From IMG/VR virus record IMGVR_UViG_3300045049_000270: a stretch of 64,000 nucleotides of DNA; one strand, written 5' to 3'. Shown here in pieces: positions 28,110 to 35,021 of this stretch. The stretch's first letter is position 1, and every line of letters begins with the position of its first letter. The stretch is from a virus. Its lineage: Duplodnaviria; Heunggongvirae; Uroviricota; Caudoviricetes. A program made the translations under genes and the position numbers. The notes under the pieces are model-generated. The model was not told the DNA's origin. It saw only the letters and a program-made list of their open reading frames with translations, and ran no database searches.

Positions 28110-28185
28110 TGCGGGGGAGTGAAACGGTTTACACGTCGGTCTCATAAGCCGAAGACATCAGGTTCGACTCCTGCTCCCCGCAACC
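28110..28185 (+). tRNA. tRNA-Met(CAT), initiator-like
   Basis: TCGGT-CT-CAT-AA-GCCGA, 5' TGCGGGG. Confidence 0.85.
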
Positions 28186-28231
28186 AGTGAACATTTTTGC
28201 ACATCAACTATAATAACTAAGTGAAACGAAT

Positions 28232-28360
28232 ATGTGGTCATTTGTTCTCGGTATTATCAAAGCGGTCGTAATTGACATCGTGAAAGGCATTGTAGTTGAT
28301 GCTGTCAAGCGTTCAATTGCACGCAGAACGACATACCGTCGTTCAATGCAATTTGCATAA
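28232..28360 (+). CDS. small amphipathic peptide
   Basis: 42 aa MWSFVLGIIKAVVIDIVKGIVVDAVKR..; TATAAT upstream. Confidence 0.45.
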   Translation: MWSFVLGIIKAVVIDIVKGIVVDAVKRSIARRTTYRRSMQFA

Positions 28361-28457
28361 AAGTGTTTCAATACAACGGTCGTCCTACCATAGCAATTCT
28401 GGGCGGCACACACCACTTCTCCTACCATAGCAGTGCTGGGGATGCGTTGTATTCATT

Positions 28458-28540
28458 GCCCGATTGGCGAAATTGGCATACGCGCTGGATTTAGGTTCCA
28501 GTCCTTCGGGGTGAGGGTTCGAGTCCCTTGTCGGGCACCA
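28458..28540 (+). tRNA. tRNA-Leu(TAG)
   Basis: class II, TT-TAG-GT. Confidence 0.92.
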
Positions 28541-28685
28541 GATTTTTGTCAGCTCACATAAAACTAGCTGTTCAACGTGTGTGTGTGGTGCAAAACCACG
28601 GGGGTCTGTAAAAGGGCTCCTGATCAGCAAGCTGACATCTTTTTGCACGTGGCGCGATATACGCAGCCTGTGCTTTTTTACAAAT

Positions 28686-28770
28686 GCCTCGGTGGCGGAA
28701 GTGGTAGACGCGCTGGACTCAAAATCCAGTTCCGAAAGGAGTGTCGGTTCGAGTCCGACCCGAGGTACCA
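28686..28770 (+). tRNA. tRNA-Leu(CAA)
   Basis: class II, CT-CAA-AA. Confidence 0.92.
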
Positions 28771-28780
28771 AGTTTTCAAT

Positions 28781-28857
28781 TGCGGAAGAGTGAAACGGTT
28801 TACATACCAGTCTCATAAGCTGGTGACAATGGGTTCGACTCCCAATTTCCGCATCCA
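28781..28857 (+). tRNA. tRNA-Met(CAT)
   Basis: CT-CAT-AA; paralog of 28110. Confidence 0.85.
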
Positions 28858-28862
28858 ATATT

Positions 28863-29133
28863 TGTCGCGGAGCAGTTAGATTCCGACGTCCGCAACCAGT
28901 AACCGAGTAGTGCTTGAACCAGTTCATGGGGTATTAACATGAACGCGTAGTTTAGCGATAGAAGCTGTCGCATTCTGCGTGGCATTACTCACCAGTTTAA
29001 ACCGACCTAGGCGACAGCTTAGAACTCGTGCTAGTCAAACATGATCTACGCTGTCATGATTAAATGTTTGTGTTCATAGCACTGTCCTCCGTGACATAGG
29101 TCGACACGGAGCTGAGTAGGAAAACCTCAGCAC
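28863..29133 (+). ncRNA. multi-pseudoknot RNA, unassigned
   Basis: 28905-13/28982-90 crosses 28962-71/29011-20; 29004-09 complementary to 29097-102. Confidence 0.65.
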
Positions 29134-29164
29134 ATTTAATTTAACTTTCTCAGGAGAGACTGTC

Positions 29165-29209
29165 ATGTCAAGTGCCAAATCTGGCAAACCTGAGGGGGTT
29201 GGGAAGTAA
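29165..29209 (+). CDS. leader peptide MSSAKSGKPEGVGK
   Basis: CAGGAG SD 8 nt upstream; three Lys codons; overlaps a switch helix. Confidence 0.6.
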   Translation: MSSAKSGKPEGVGK

Positions 29210-29257
29210 ATTCTCATACCCCCTTAGGCGAATTTGTAGTAACCCTAAGGGGGTATG
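29189..29257 (+). promoter_or_regulatory. three-segment RNA switch masking the tRNA-Lys 5' end
   Basis: B 29215-28 is the perfect 14-nt complement of C 29244-57 and an alternative partner of A 29189-205. Confidence 0.75.
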
Positions 29258-29325
29258 GTGTTAGCGGTTAGCACAGCGGACTTTTAATCCGTCAGGCTTG
29301 GGTTCGAATCCCAGTGCCCCCACCA
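29249..29325 (+). tRNA. tRNA-Lys(TTT)
   Basis: CT-TTT-AA, CCA. Confidence 0.92.
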
Positions 29326-29333
29326 ATTTCCAC

Positions 29334-29470
29334 AAGTATCATTCGATGTGGTTAACCTGATCACCCACGGTAAGTAAAAGTGCATGACGCCTACTCAGCG
29401 TTATATGTGCAAGTAGCTTCAGCATCGTGATCAACAGGTGATGTGATGGAGATCACATCGAATGATATTT
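29334..29470 (+). ncRNA. structured RNA between the two Lys tRNAs
   Basis: 17-bp stem 29334-50/29454-70 (one G.U) with nested helices. Confidence 0.5.
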
Positions 29471-29473
29471 AAT

Positions 29474-29549
29474 GGGGTCATGGTGTCAATGGTTAGCACA
29501 GCGGACTCTTAATCCGTTTGTCTCAGTTCGAATCTGAGTGGCCCTACCA
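29474..29549 (+). tRNA. tRNA-Lys(CTT)
   Basis: CT-CTT-AA, CCA. Confidence 0.92.
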
Positions 29550-29561
29550 ATTTCAATAACA

Positions 29562-29828
29562 ATGACATTCGACATTAAACTTTCAGCAGCTGGTAAACTA
29601 CGTGATGAAATATTGGCGCGCCTAAAGACTTGCGACAGTGAAGCGTTAGTAGCTGAGAATGTAAGGTTTAACGGTCATACCTGTTCGCCTGCAATTATTG
29701 GTTTAGGATTCTCAACTGAGCAAGAACGTCTTGCTTTTTTGTTGGAATTCAAGGATCGGCTTTTAGTTTGCGAGCCAACTGATAAACAGTTCAAGTGGGG
29801 GTTTGACCCCGATGATATAGATTTTTGA
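29562..29828 (+). CDS. hypothetical protein
   Basis: ATG 29562 (the track start overlaps the tRNA). Confidence 0.6.
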   Translation: MTFDIKLSAAGKLRDEILARLKTCDSEALVAENVRFNGHTCSPAIIGLGFSTEQERLAFLLEFKDRLLVCEPTDKQFKWGFDPDDIDF

Positions 29829-29844
29829 AGTACCAAGTTTCAAC

Positions 29845-29919
29845 AGGGGATTAGTTCAATGGCTAGAATATCGGTCTCCAAATCCGCAGACGTGGGTTCG
29901 ATTCCTACATCCCCTGCCA
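29845..29919 (+). tRNA. tRNA-Trp(CCA)
   Basis: CT-CCA-AA, G73. Confidence 0.88.
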
Positions 29920-30239
29920 GTTTTAGTTGCAAAACGACAATAGAGTAGTAGAATAGTTTGCATAGTAATTAGCGTCAGGAAGTGGTCGGACGCTTTTGCA
30001 CTGCAAGTGGTAAAGCCCTTGTTCACGTGGGATAGGTGAGTGTGGACAGTGTATCACACAGAAGTTAAGTCGCTTACAAGTATCGGGAACCCCCGACGCG
30101 CCTCCCACTTCTAGGCAAGGTTGGTCGTGAGAGCGAATGGAAGAGTGGATTGATCACCACTTGGCGTCCATTCTCCACTGCGTTAATGTGCAAACCTGGT
30201 GTTAATTGCTATTCGAATCAATAACAATAACAACTGAAT

Positions 30240-30774
30240 ATGAAAACTTCTGAAACATGGTGGCAAGCCAGTTAAAGCAGATGAAACACTTTTGAAAGAT
30301 TGGTTGCTGAAGCAATGGCGTGGTGAAGTAACAGCCTCAAATCGCATTGTACGGTTTGCAGAGCAATATGCAAGCGATCAACATCAAGTAAAGGTGTTGA
30401 ATGCGATTGCAGCACAAGAACGCCAGCATGCTGAATGGGTTGAGCAATTGCTCCTCTCGCGTGGTATTGAAGTTGATGCAGGTCAGATTGATCAAGCAGA
30501 GCAACGTTATTGGAAAGAAACGTTGCATGGTATCACAGATTTCGAAACCGGATCAGCAGTAGCAGCGCATGCTGAAGGTATGCGACTTGAACGGATCCGT
30601 GTTATCGCAGCTGATGAGCAAGCACCTGCTGATATTCGTAGTGTGTTTGAACGTATTTTGAAGGACGAAGAATGGCATGAGCGCGCTTTTAGCGAATTGT
30701 CTAGTCCAGTAGCACTGGCAGCAACGCAAGCTAACCATGAGGCTGGTTTGCAGGCTCTAGGGCTTGTAGCATAA
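30240..30774 (+). CDS. ferritin-like di-iron protein, apparently +1 frameshifted near the N-terminus
   Basis: QERQH and DEEWH ExxH motifs; ATG 30240 frame stops at 30275, main frame open from 30271. Confidence 0.75.
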
Positions 30775-30782
30775 GTTTCTGT

Positions 30783-30806
30783 TCCGATGTAGCTCAGCGG
30801 TAGAGC
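30783..30806 (+). pseudogene. orphan tRNA 5' fragment (acceptor strand and D arm)
   Basis: TCCGATGTAGCTCAGCGGTAGAGC with no matching 3' half. Confidence 0.55.
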
Positions 30807-30830
30807 TATATGATTTAGAGTGTGTTTTGC

Positions 30831-30909
30831 TCCGCGAAACCCGAGCTTGGTGCATGGGCCTGACTGTTAATCAGTGGCTAGGTGAGTTCGATCCTCACAC
30901 GCGGAGCAA
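30831..30909 (+). tRNA. tRNA-Asn(GTT)-like, no CCA, inside a 19-bp inverted repeat
   Basis: CT-GTT-AA, T arm; inverted repeat 30818-36/30900-18. Confidence 0.65.
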
Positions 30910-30936
30910 AACACATTCATTTTAGACCCAGTTTTT

Positions 30937-30985
30937 GGAAGCCTACAGCAATCACATTCATTTTCCAACATGACCATGTGCTTCC
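30937..30985 (+). ncRNA. mini Y-RNA-like stem
   Basis: GGAAGCCTACAGCAA..GCTTCC. Confidence 0.65.
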
Positions 30986-30995
30986 AGTCAGTTTT

Positions 30996-31056
30996 GGATA
31001 GTTGCAGCAAACTTAAAAACATCAAACCGTTAATTTGACTCGTTAAAAAGCTATCC
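30996..31056 (+). ncRNA. mini Y-RNA-like stem
   Basis: GGATAGTTGCAGCAA..CTATCC. Confidence 0.65.
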
Positions 31057-31067
31057 AGTTTTACAAT

Positions 31068-31142
31068 GCGGGCAGAGTTTTGTTGGTAAAACGACAGCTT
31101 GCCATGCTGTAGTCCCGGGTTCGAAACCCGGTGCCCGCTCCA
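31068..31142 (+). tRNA. tRNA-Gly(GCC)
   Basis: TT-GCC-AT, U73. Confidence 0.9.
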
Positions 31143-31194
31143 GTGACAAAAATGCACACCATTAGCTAAATACTCCAAAAGGAGTATTGGCAAG

Positions 31195-31911
31195 ATGCGT
31201 CGTGCATATAGAAGAAAATACCATTACATTTACAAGACAACTTGCACTGTAACTGGTAAGTATTATATCGGAATGCACTCCACAGATGATCTAGATGATG
31301 GTTATGTGGGTTCTGGTAAGCGCTTGGGTTATTCAATTCGCAAATATGGTAAAGAAAACCATAAATGTGAAATTATAGAGCATTTACCAGATCGCGAAAG
31401 TTTACGTAAACGCGAAAGTGAGTTAGTATGTGAAGATAAACTAACCGACCCACTTTGCATGAACTTGAAGTTAGGTGGTGATGGTGGTTTTGATCACATT
31501 CTGCATCATGAAGACCAACGTGAATGGGCAAAAGCAGGACGAGCACAGACTACAGAAATTCTACTTGGACGTGGTATTACGCAAGCTGATTTAAGCAAAC
31601 GCGGAATTGATTCTGCAAGAAAGCAGAAAAAGAACGTTGCGTTTGATCCTGAATTACAATTGAAATACAGCTTCGCACATAACAAAGAGTTGCAGCAAGC
31701 TGGTAATTCACCAGAGGCTAGAGCAAAAGCTTCTGAATCGTTAAAGCGATATCACGAACTGCATAAACCACAGTTAGGTGATAATAATTCACAATACGGC
31801 ACTTGCTGGGTGCATTCGTTGACTGAGAAAAAGTCGATGAAAATATCCAAAGCTGACCTAGAAGCACATTTAGCGCTCGGTTGGCAAGCAGGGCGTAAGA
31901 TGAAGTTTTAA
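31195..31911 (+). mobile_element. GIY-YIG (Seg-like) homing endonuclease
   Basis: HYIYKTTC..GKYYIGMHST..GYVGSG; free-standing within the tRNA array. Confidence 0.88.
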
Positions 31912-31913
31912 AT

Positions 31914-32006
31914 GGTGGGGTGGTGTAACGGTAGCACGACGAGATTTATAACCTCGATTCGCTAGATAGGCGGTTAGCATGGGTTCGAATCCCATCCCCA
32001 CTACCA
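31914..32006 (+). tRNA. atypical tRNA, probable TAT anticodon, long variable arm
   Basis: acceptor, D and T arms intact; CGAG-A-TT-TAT-AA-C-CTCG; CCA. Confidence 0.65.
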
Positions 32007-32012
32007 AGTTTT

Positions 32013-32059
32013 GAATGCCTACAGCACTTTAAATCATTGGCATATGAAAAAACGCATCC
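32013..32059 (+). ncRNA. degenerate mini Y-RNA-like stem
   Basis: GAATGCCTACAGCAC..GCATCC. Confidence 0.5.
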
Positions 32060-32079
32060 AGTCAAAGAACAAATACTAC

Positions 32080-32259
32080 ATGAAAGCCGATGGATATTGG
32101 AATCATCGTAGTCCCATAAAGCTTATAATCAACCCCATTCTGCGCAAGCTGCAATGGTTCACTCAGCGCCCTTACGTGATTGCTAGTGAAACCAAGTTTG
32201 TAGATGGTAAGCCAGAGTTTATTGCTTATAAGTTTTGTCGCGTGTTTCACGCAAAATGA
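32080..32259 (+). CDS. small hypothetical protein
   Basis: ATG 32080, 59 aa. Confidence 0.55.
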   Translation: MKADGYWNHRSPIKLIINPILRKLQWFTQRPYVIASETKFVDGKPEFIAYKFCRVFHAK

Positions 32260-32265
32260 TTTAAT

Positions 32266-32341
32266 GCTGGTGTAGCTCAGCTGGTAGAGTTGCTGCCTTC
32301 CAAGCAGTATGTCGAGGGTTCGAATCCCTTCTCCCGCTCCA
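32266..32341 (+). tRNA. tRNA-Gly(TCC), two acceptor mismatches
   Basis: CT-TCC-AA; GCTGGTG versus CTCCCGC. Confidence 0.75.
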
Positions 32342-32406
32342 ATGAATGTGTCTTGACTAACACCACAAATGGCCTCATCATATAAGCAAATGAAAAAGGA
32401 AGACTC

Positions 32407-32820
32407 ATGAAAGCTGATAGTTTGTATGATCGACCTGTTGTGGTAAACCTTCAAGAAGATGAAGGTACAGTTGAAGGCTACGTTGTAAATAGCAATGCTG
32501 TCCAGATAGTTAATTGGTTTTCAAAGCATGGTATTGATAATGACGCGTTGATCGCCGAAATTCGTGCAAAGTATCCGCGCATTGCAATGTTGAATAATGT
32601 CAACGTATACGATGAATTCAAAGGTCAAGGCTACGGAAATTTCCTACTTGGTCGTTTTATAGACGACGTTGGATATGAAGATGCAAAGGCTATTTTGTTG
32701 ATAGCCGATACTGCTGAATCACAAGCTGAAGGTTTTGATCTTGTGCAGTGGTATGCAAAGAATGGTTTTGCAGTGCTTCATCAAACGGGCGGCGGCCCTT
32801 TGATGTTGAAAGAACTGTAA
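32407..32820 (+). CDS. GNAT acetyltransferase-like protein
   Basis: VNVYDEFKGQGYGNFLL acetyl-CoA motif, LVQWYAKNGF. Confidence 0.8.
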   Translation: MKADSLYDRPVVVNLQEDEGTVEGYVVNSNAVQIVNWFSKHGIDNDALIAEIRAKYPRIAMLNNVNVYDEFKGQGYGNFLLGRFIDDVGYEDAKAILLIADTAESQAEGFDLVQWYAKNGFAVLHQTGGGPLMLKEL

Positions 32821-32863
32821 TTTGTCTTGACTGATGCTGCAAATGACATAATCATATGGTTAT

Positions 32864-33090
32864 GGGTCGGTGGCTGAGAGGAAAAGCACTCCTAAAATGA
32901 AAGGAGATCCGGTAAAACGGGTTCCATTCGCAAGTCACACATAACGCACGGTTGCAGAAGCACCTATAGCGGCCTCGAAAGAGGTGGCATCTAAACAGCA
33001 AGGGAAGCGCGTTTCCAAGTTATGTGTGGGCCTGGAGTAATGCCCAGGTAAGCGGAAACTACGCGGGTTCAATTCCCGTCCGATCCACCA
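32864..33090 (+). ncRNA. 227-nt tRNA-like/tmRNA-like RNA with Ala identity
   Basis: GGGTCGG/CCGATCC-A-CCA (G3.U70); D arm; GCGGGTTCAATTCCCG T arm; internal CACACATAAC/GTTATGTGTG helix. Confidence 0.8.
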
Positions 33091-33171
33091 ATTTACGTTT
33101 AAAGGGAAGCAACTATTCGTTATTACACACGAAACAAAAAGGGAACGATGCTACATCTTCTAGAAGAGGAC

Positions 33172-33468
33172 ATGAAAAGAGCACAGACCCAGATACAGTT
33201 CATCAACCACGAACAAAAGTTTGTGGGCCCAATTCATCCGGGTTACGATTACACGTATGATGACTTGATGCTATGGTATTGGGAATCCTGCAATGGGCTT
33301 CCAAAAACAGGCGTAGTTCGTGGTAAATGGAGTAGCGCTTCACAAGCAACCTTTAGAGTTCTAGCACAAGATTTATCGAATAAAGCTCAGGTGGTTGGTG
33401 TTGAATGCTTTAATGTTGCAAAACAGTTTAAAACCTTTGATGAATTCAAAACTTTCATCAAAAGTTAA
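33172..33468 (+). CDS. hypothetical protein
   Basis: GAGG SD. Confidence 0.6.
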   Translation: MKRAQTQIQFINHEQKFVGPIHPGYDYTYDDLMLWYWESCNGLPKTGVVRGKWSSASQATFRVLAQDLSNKAQVVGVECFNVAKQFKTFDEFKTFIKS

Positions 33469-33477
33469 AGTTTCAAT

Positions 33478-33555
33478 GCCCAGGTGGCCGAGAGGTCCAA
33501 GGCGACTGCCTGCAAAGCAGTAAAACCGCTGGTTCGAATCCAGCCCTGGGCTCCA
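33478..33555 (+). tRNA. tRNA-Cys(GCA)
   Basis: CT-GCA-AA, U73. Confidence 0.9.
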
Positions 33556-33565
33556 GCTTTACCAT

Positions 33566-33659
33566 AGAGAGTTACCCAAGAGGTTCAAGGGGGCGTCCTG
33601 CTAAGACGTTAGGGTGGTGATAAACTGCCGCATGGGTTCGAATCCCATACTCTCTGCCA
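33566..33659 (+). tRNA. tRNA-Ser(GCT)
   Basis: class II, CT-GCT-AA. Confidence 0.9.
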
Positions 33660-33678
33660 GATATAATCGAGACCCAAA

Positions 33679-33891
33679 ATGGGAAGACGTTTAACACAAG
33701 TTGATATGGCAGCAGCACGCTATGAAGAGGAAGTTTTCAATTCTCGTTTGAAGCGTGGAGAAGTGAAAGAAGCAGACAAGATTCGTCGCACGTTTCATGT
33801 TATTTGTGGTTGTGGCGTTGAAGGTTGTATGTTCATGTCTCATATTCGTGAGCGTGACGATCAAAGCAACACGCCCAATCCAACGTTTTAA
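33679..33891 (+). CDS. small Cys/His protein
   Basis: 70 aa with HVICGCGVEGC. Confidence 0.65.
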   Translation: MGRRLTQVDMAAARYEEEVFNSRLKRGEVKEADKIRRTFHVICGCGVEGCMFMSHIRERDDQSNTPNPTF

Positions 33892-33892
33892 T

Positions 33893-33993
33893 GCCGAGAG
33901 AGTCCAGTAGGCTGCTGGTACGAATCAATAAGAGTTGGTCTTCTGGTGACCCAGGTCCAACCCGCTGCGGTTCGATTCCGTGACTCGGCTCCA
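33893..33993 (+). ncRNA. tRNA-like RNA without a paired anticodon stem
   Basis: GCCGAG/CTCGGC-T-CCA, T arm, long internal hairpin. Confidence 0.6.
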
Positions 33994-34003
33994 GTTTCGT
34001 ATA

Positions 34004-34273
34004 ACTTGATACGGGATGTAGGGATAGTAGCACCCATCATTTAAAGAGTAGGGCGTTGGACGTGGGAGAGCAGTAAAATTAGGGTACTTGCCCCAGAAAC
34101 CTAATTTCCACCTCAAACGAACTCACAGCAGTATAGTGAGAGACGAGGGGATGGTTGCTTTGAGTACCGTGGCAAGCGTTTTGCAACAGCGGAGATCCAA
34201 CGTGCATTCCATACTAGGAGTTGGGTTTTAGTCTGCATGAGCACCTTTTGGCGTAACAGCACACCATTCAAGT
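34004..34273 (+). ncRNA. 23S rRNA H43-H44 (L11/GTPase centre) mimic with ~200-nt insert
   Basis: GGATGTAGGGATAGTAGCACCCATCATTTAAAGA .. GCGTAACAGCACAC aligns gaplessly to the 1055-1088 and 1091-1104 segments of E. coli 23S as I recall them. Confidence 0.85.
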
Positions 34274-34286
34274 ATATGAAATTTAT

Positions 34287-34378
34287 GGTAGGGTGGCAGA
34301 GTCCGGATTATTGCTCCAGCCTCGAAAACTGGCGAGTCCTAAAAAGCTCCGTGGGTTCAAATCCCACCCCTACCGCCA
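34287..34378 (+). tRNA. tRNA-Ser(CGA)
   Basis: class II, CT-CGA-AA. Confidence 0.9.
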
Positions 34379-34521
34379 ATTGCAATGCCAGGCACGGATA
34401 TTACGACCGCCTGTGAAGAATCTATGTAATGCGCTTCTGTTCGTTTGAGAGCAGATGAACAATAGCAGGTATTGATTCACAGTGACAATGAATATATCAT
34501 ATGGCTAATATTGGAGGCCAT

Positions 34522-34704
34522 ATGAGACAAGACATAGTAAACCTGATTCATCAGTGCGTGGATAAGCAAGCTAAAGTATCAGCTGAATATGGTGTTACAT
34601 ACAACCAAGCTGATCGAACACGCAAGTTCAATGAGTTGAAAAATCAATTCATAGCTGGTGAAATCACTCGTGAAACCCTCGTTGAATACCTCAACGAAGA
34701 ATAA
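34522..34704 (+). CDS. small hypothetical protein
   Basis: GGAGG SD. Confidence 0.6.
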   Translation: MRQDIVNLIHQCVDKQAKVSAEYGVTYNQADRTRKFNELKNQFIAGEITRETLVEYLNEE

Positions 34705-34733
34705 CTTTTAACCATTTTCTCAAGGAGAGCATT

Positions 34734-34880
34734 ATGTTTACGACGCTGACATTCGCGCACGTTACCGCATTACCACAGCATACGCTCGCTCTGGCTCTCC
34801 CTGAGCATATGTCCACACTTGAAGTCTCCCCTGAGACTTGTGTCTTGACGCGTGAAGAGGGTTTCGCTGTACACTCGTAA
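34734..34880 (+). CDS. candidate leader peptide (48 aa, Thr/Leu/Ala/Glu-rich)
   Basis: AAGGAG SD in the same TTTCTCA(A)GGAGAG context as the Lys leader. Confidence 0.5.
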   Translation: MFTTLTFAHVTALPQHTLALALPEHMSTLEVSPETCVLTREEGFAVHS

Positions 34881-34918
34881 TCGCCTTTCTTCGTGGCTTG
34901 GCGATTTGAAAAGAATAT

Positions 34919-35009
34919 AGTGGGATGGCTGAGCGGTTTAAGGCGCCTGGTTGGAAGCCGGGAGGGTCTGTAAATGGCCCCAGGAGTTCGAATCTCCTTC
35001 CCACTGCCA
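34919..35009 (+). tRNA. tRNA-Ser(GGA)
   Basis: class II, TT-GGA-AG. Confidence 0.9.
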
Positions 35010-35021
35010 GTTGTGCTCGTA

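Noticed and set aside
30030-30047. GGATAGGTG-AGTGTGGAC resembling the 23S L1-stalk region
   Set aside because: Two short matches with the conserved L1-binding partner strand missing; likely chance.
33893-33993. tRNA-Sec/opal suppressor (TCA triplet present)
   Set aside because: No anticodon stem around TCA, U73 rather than G73, and no CT-TCA-AA loop.
34061-34130. Resemblance of part of the insert to 16S helix 24 (CGTGGG.GAGCA..ATTAG..TCCAC..AAACGA)
   Set aside because: The match is gapped and the local fold differs; could be over-reading. Needs a covariance-model test.
34004-34273. Calling this an rRNA gene or host contamination
   Set aside because: Only the ~50-nt L11 domain matches, it is split by an insert, and the flanks are phage tRNA genes.
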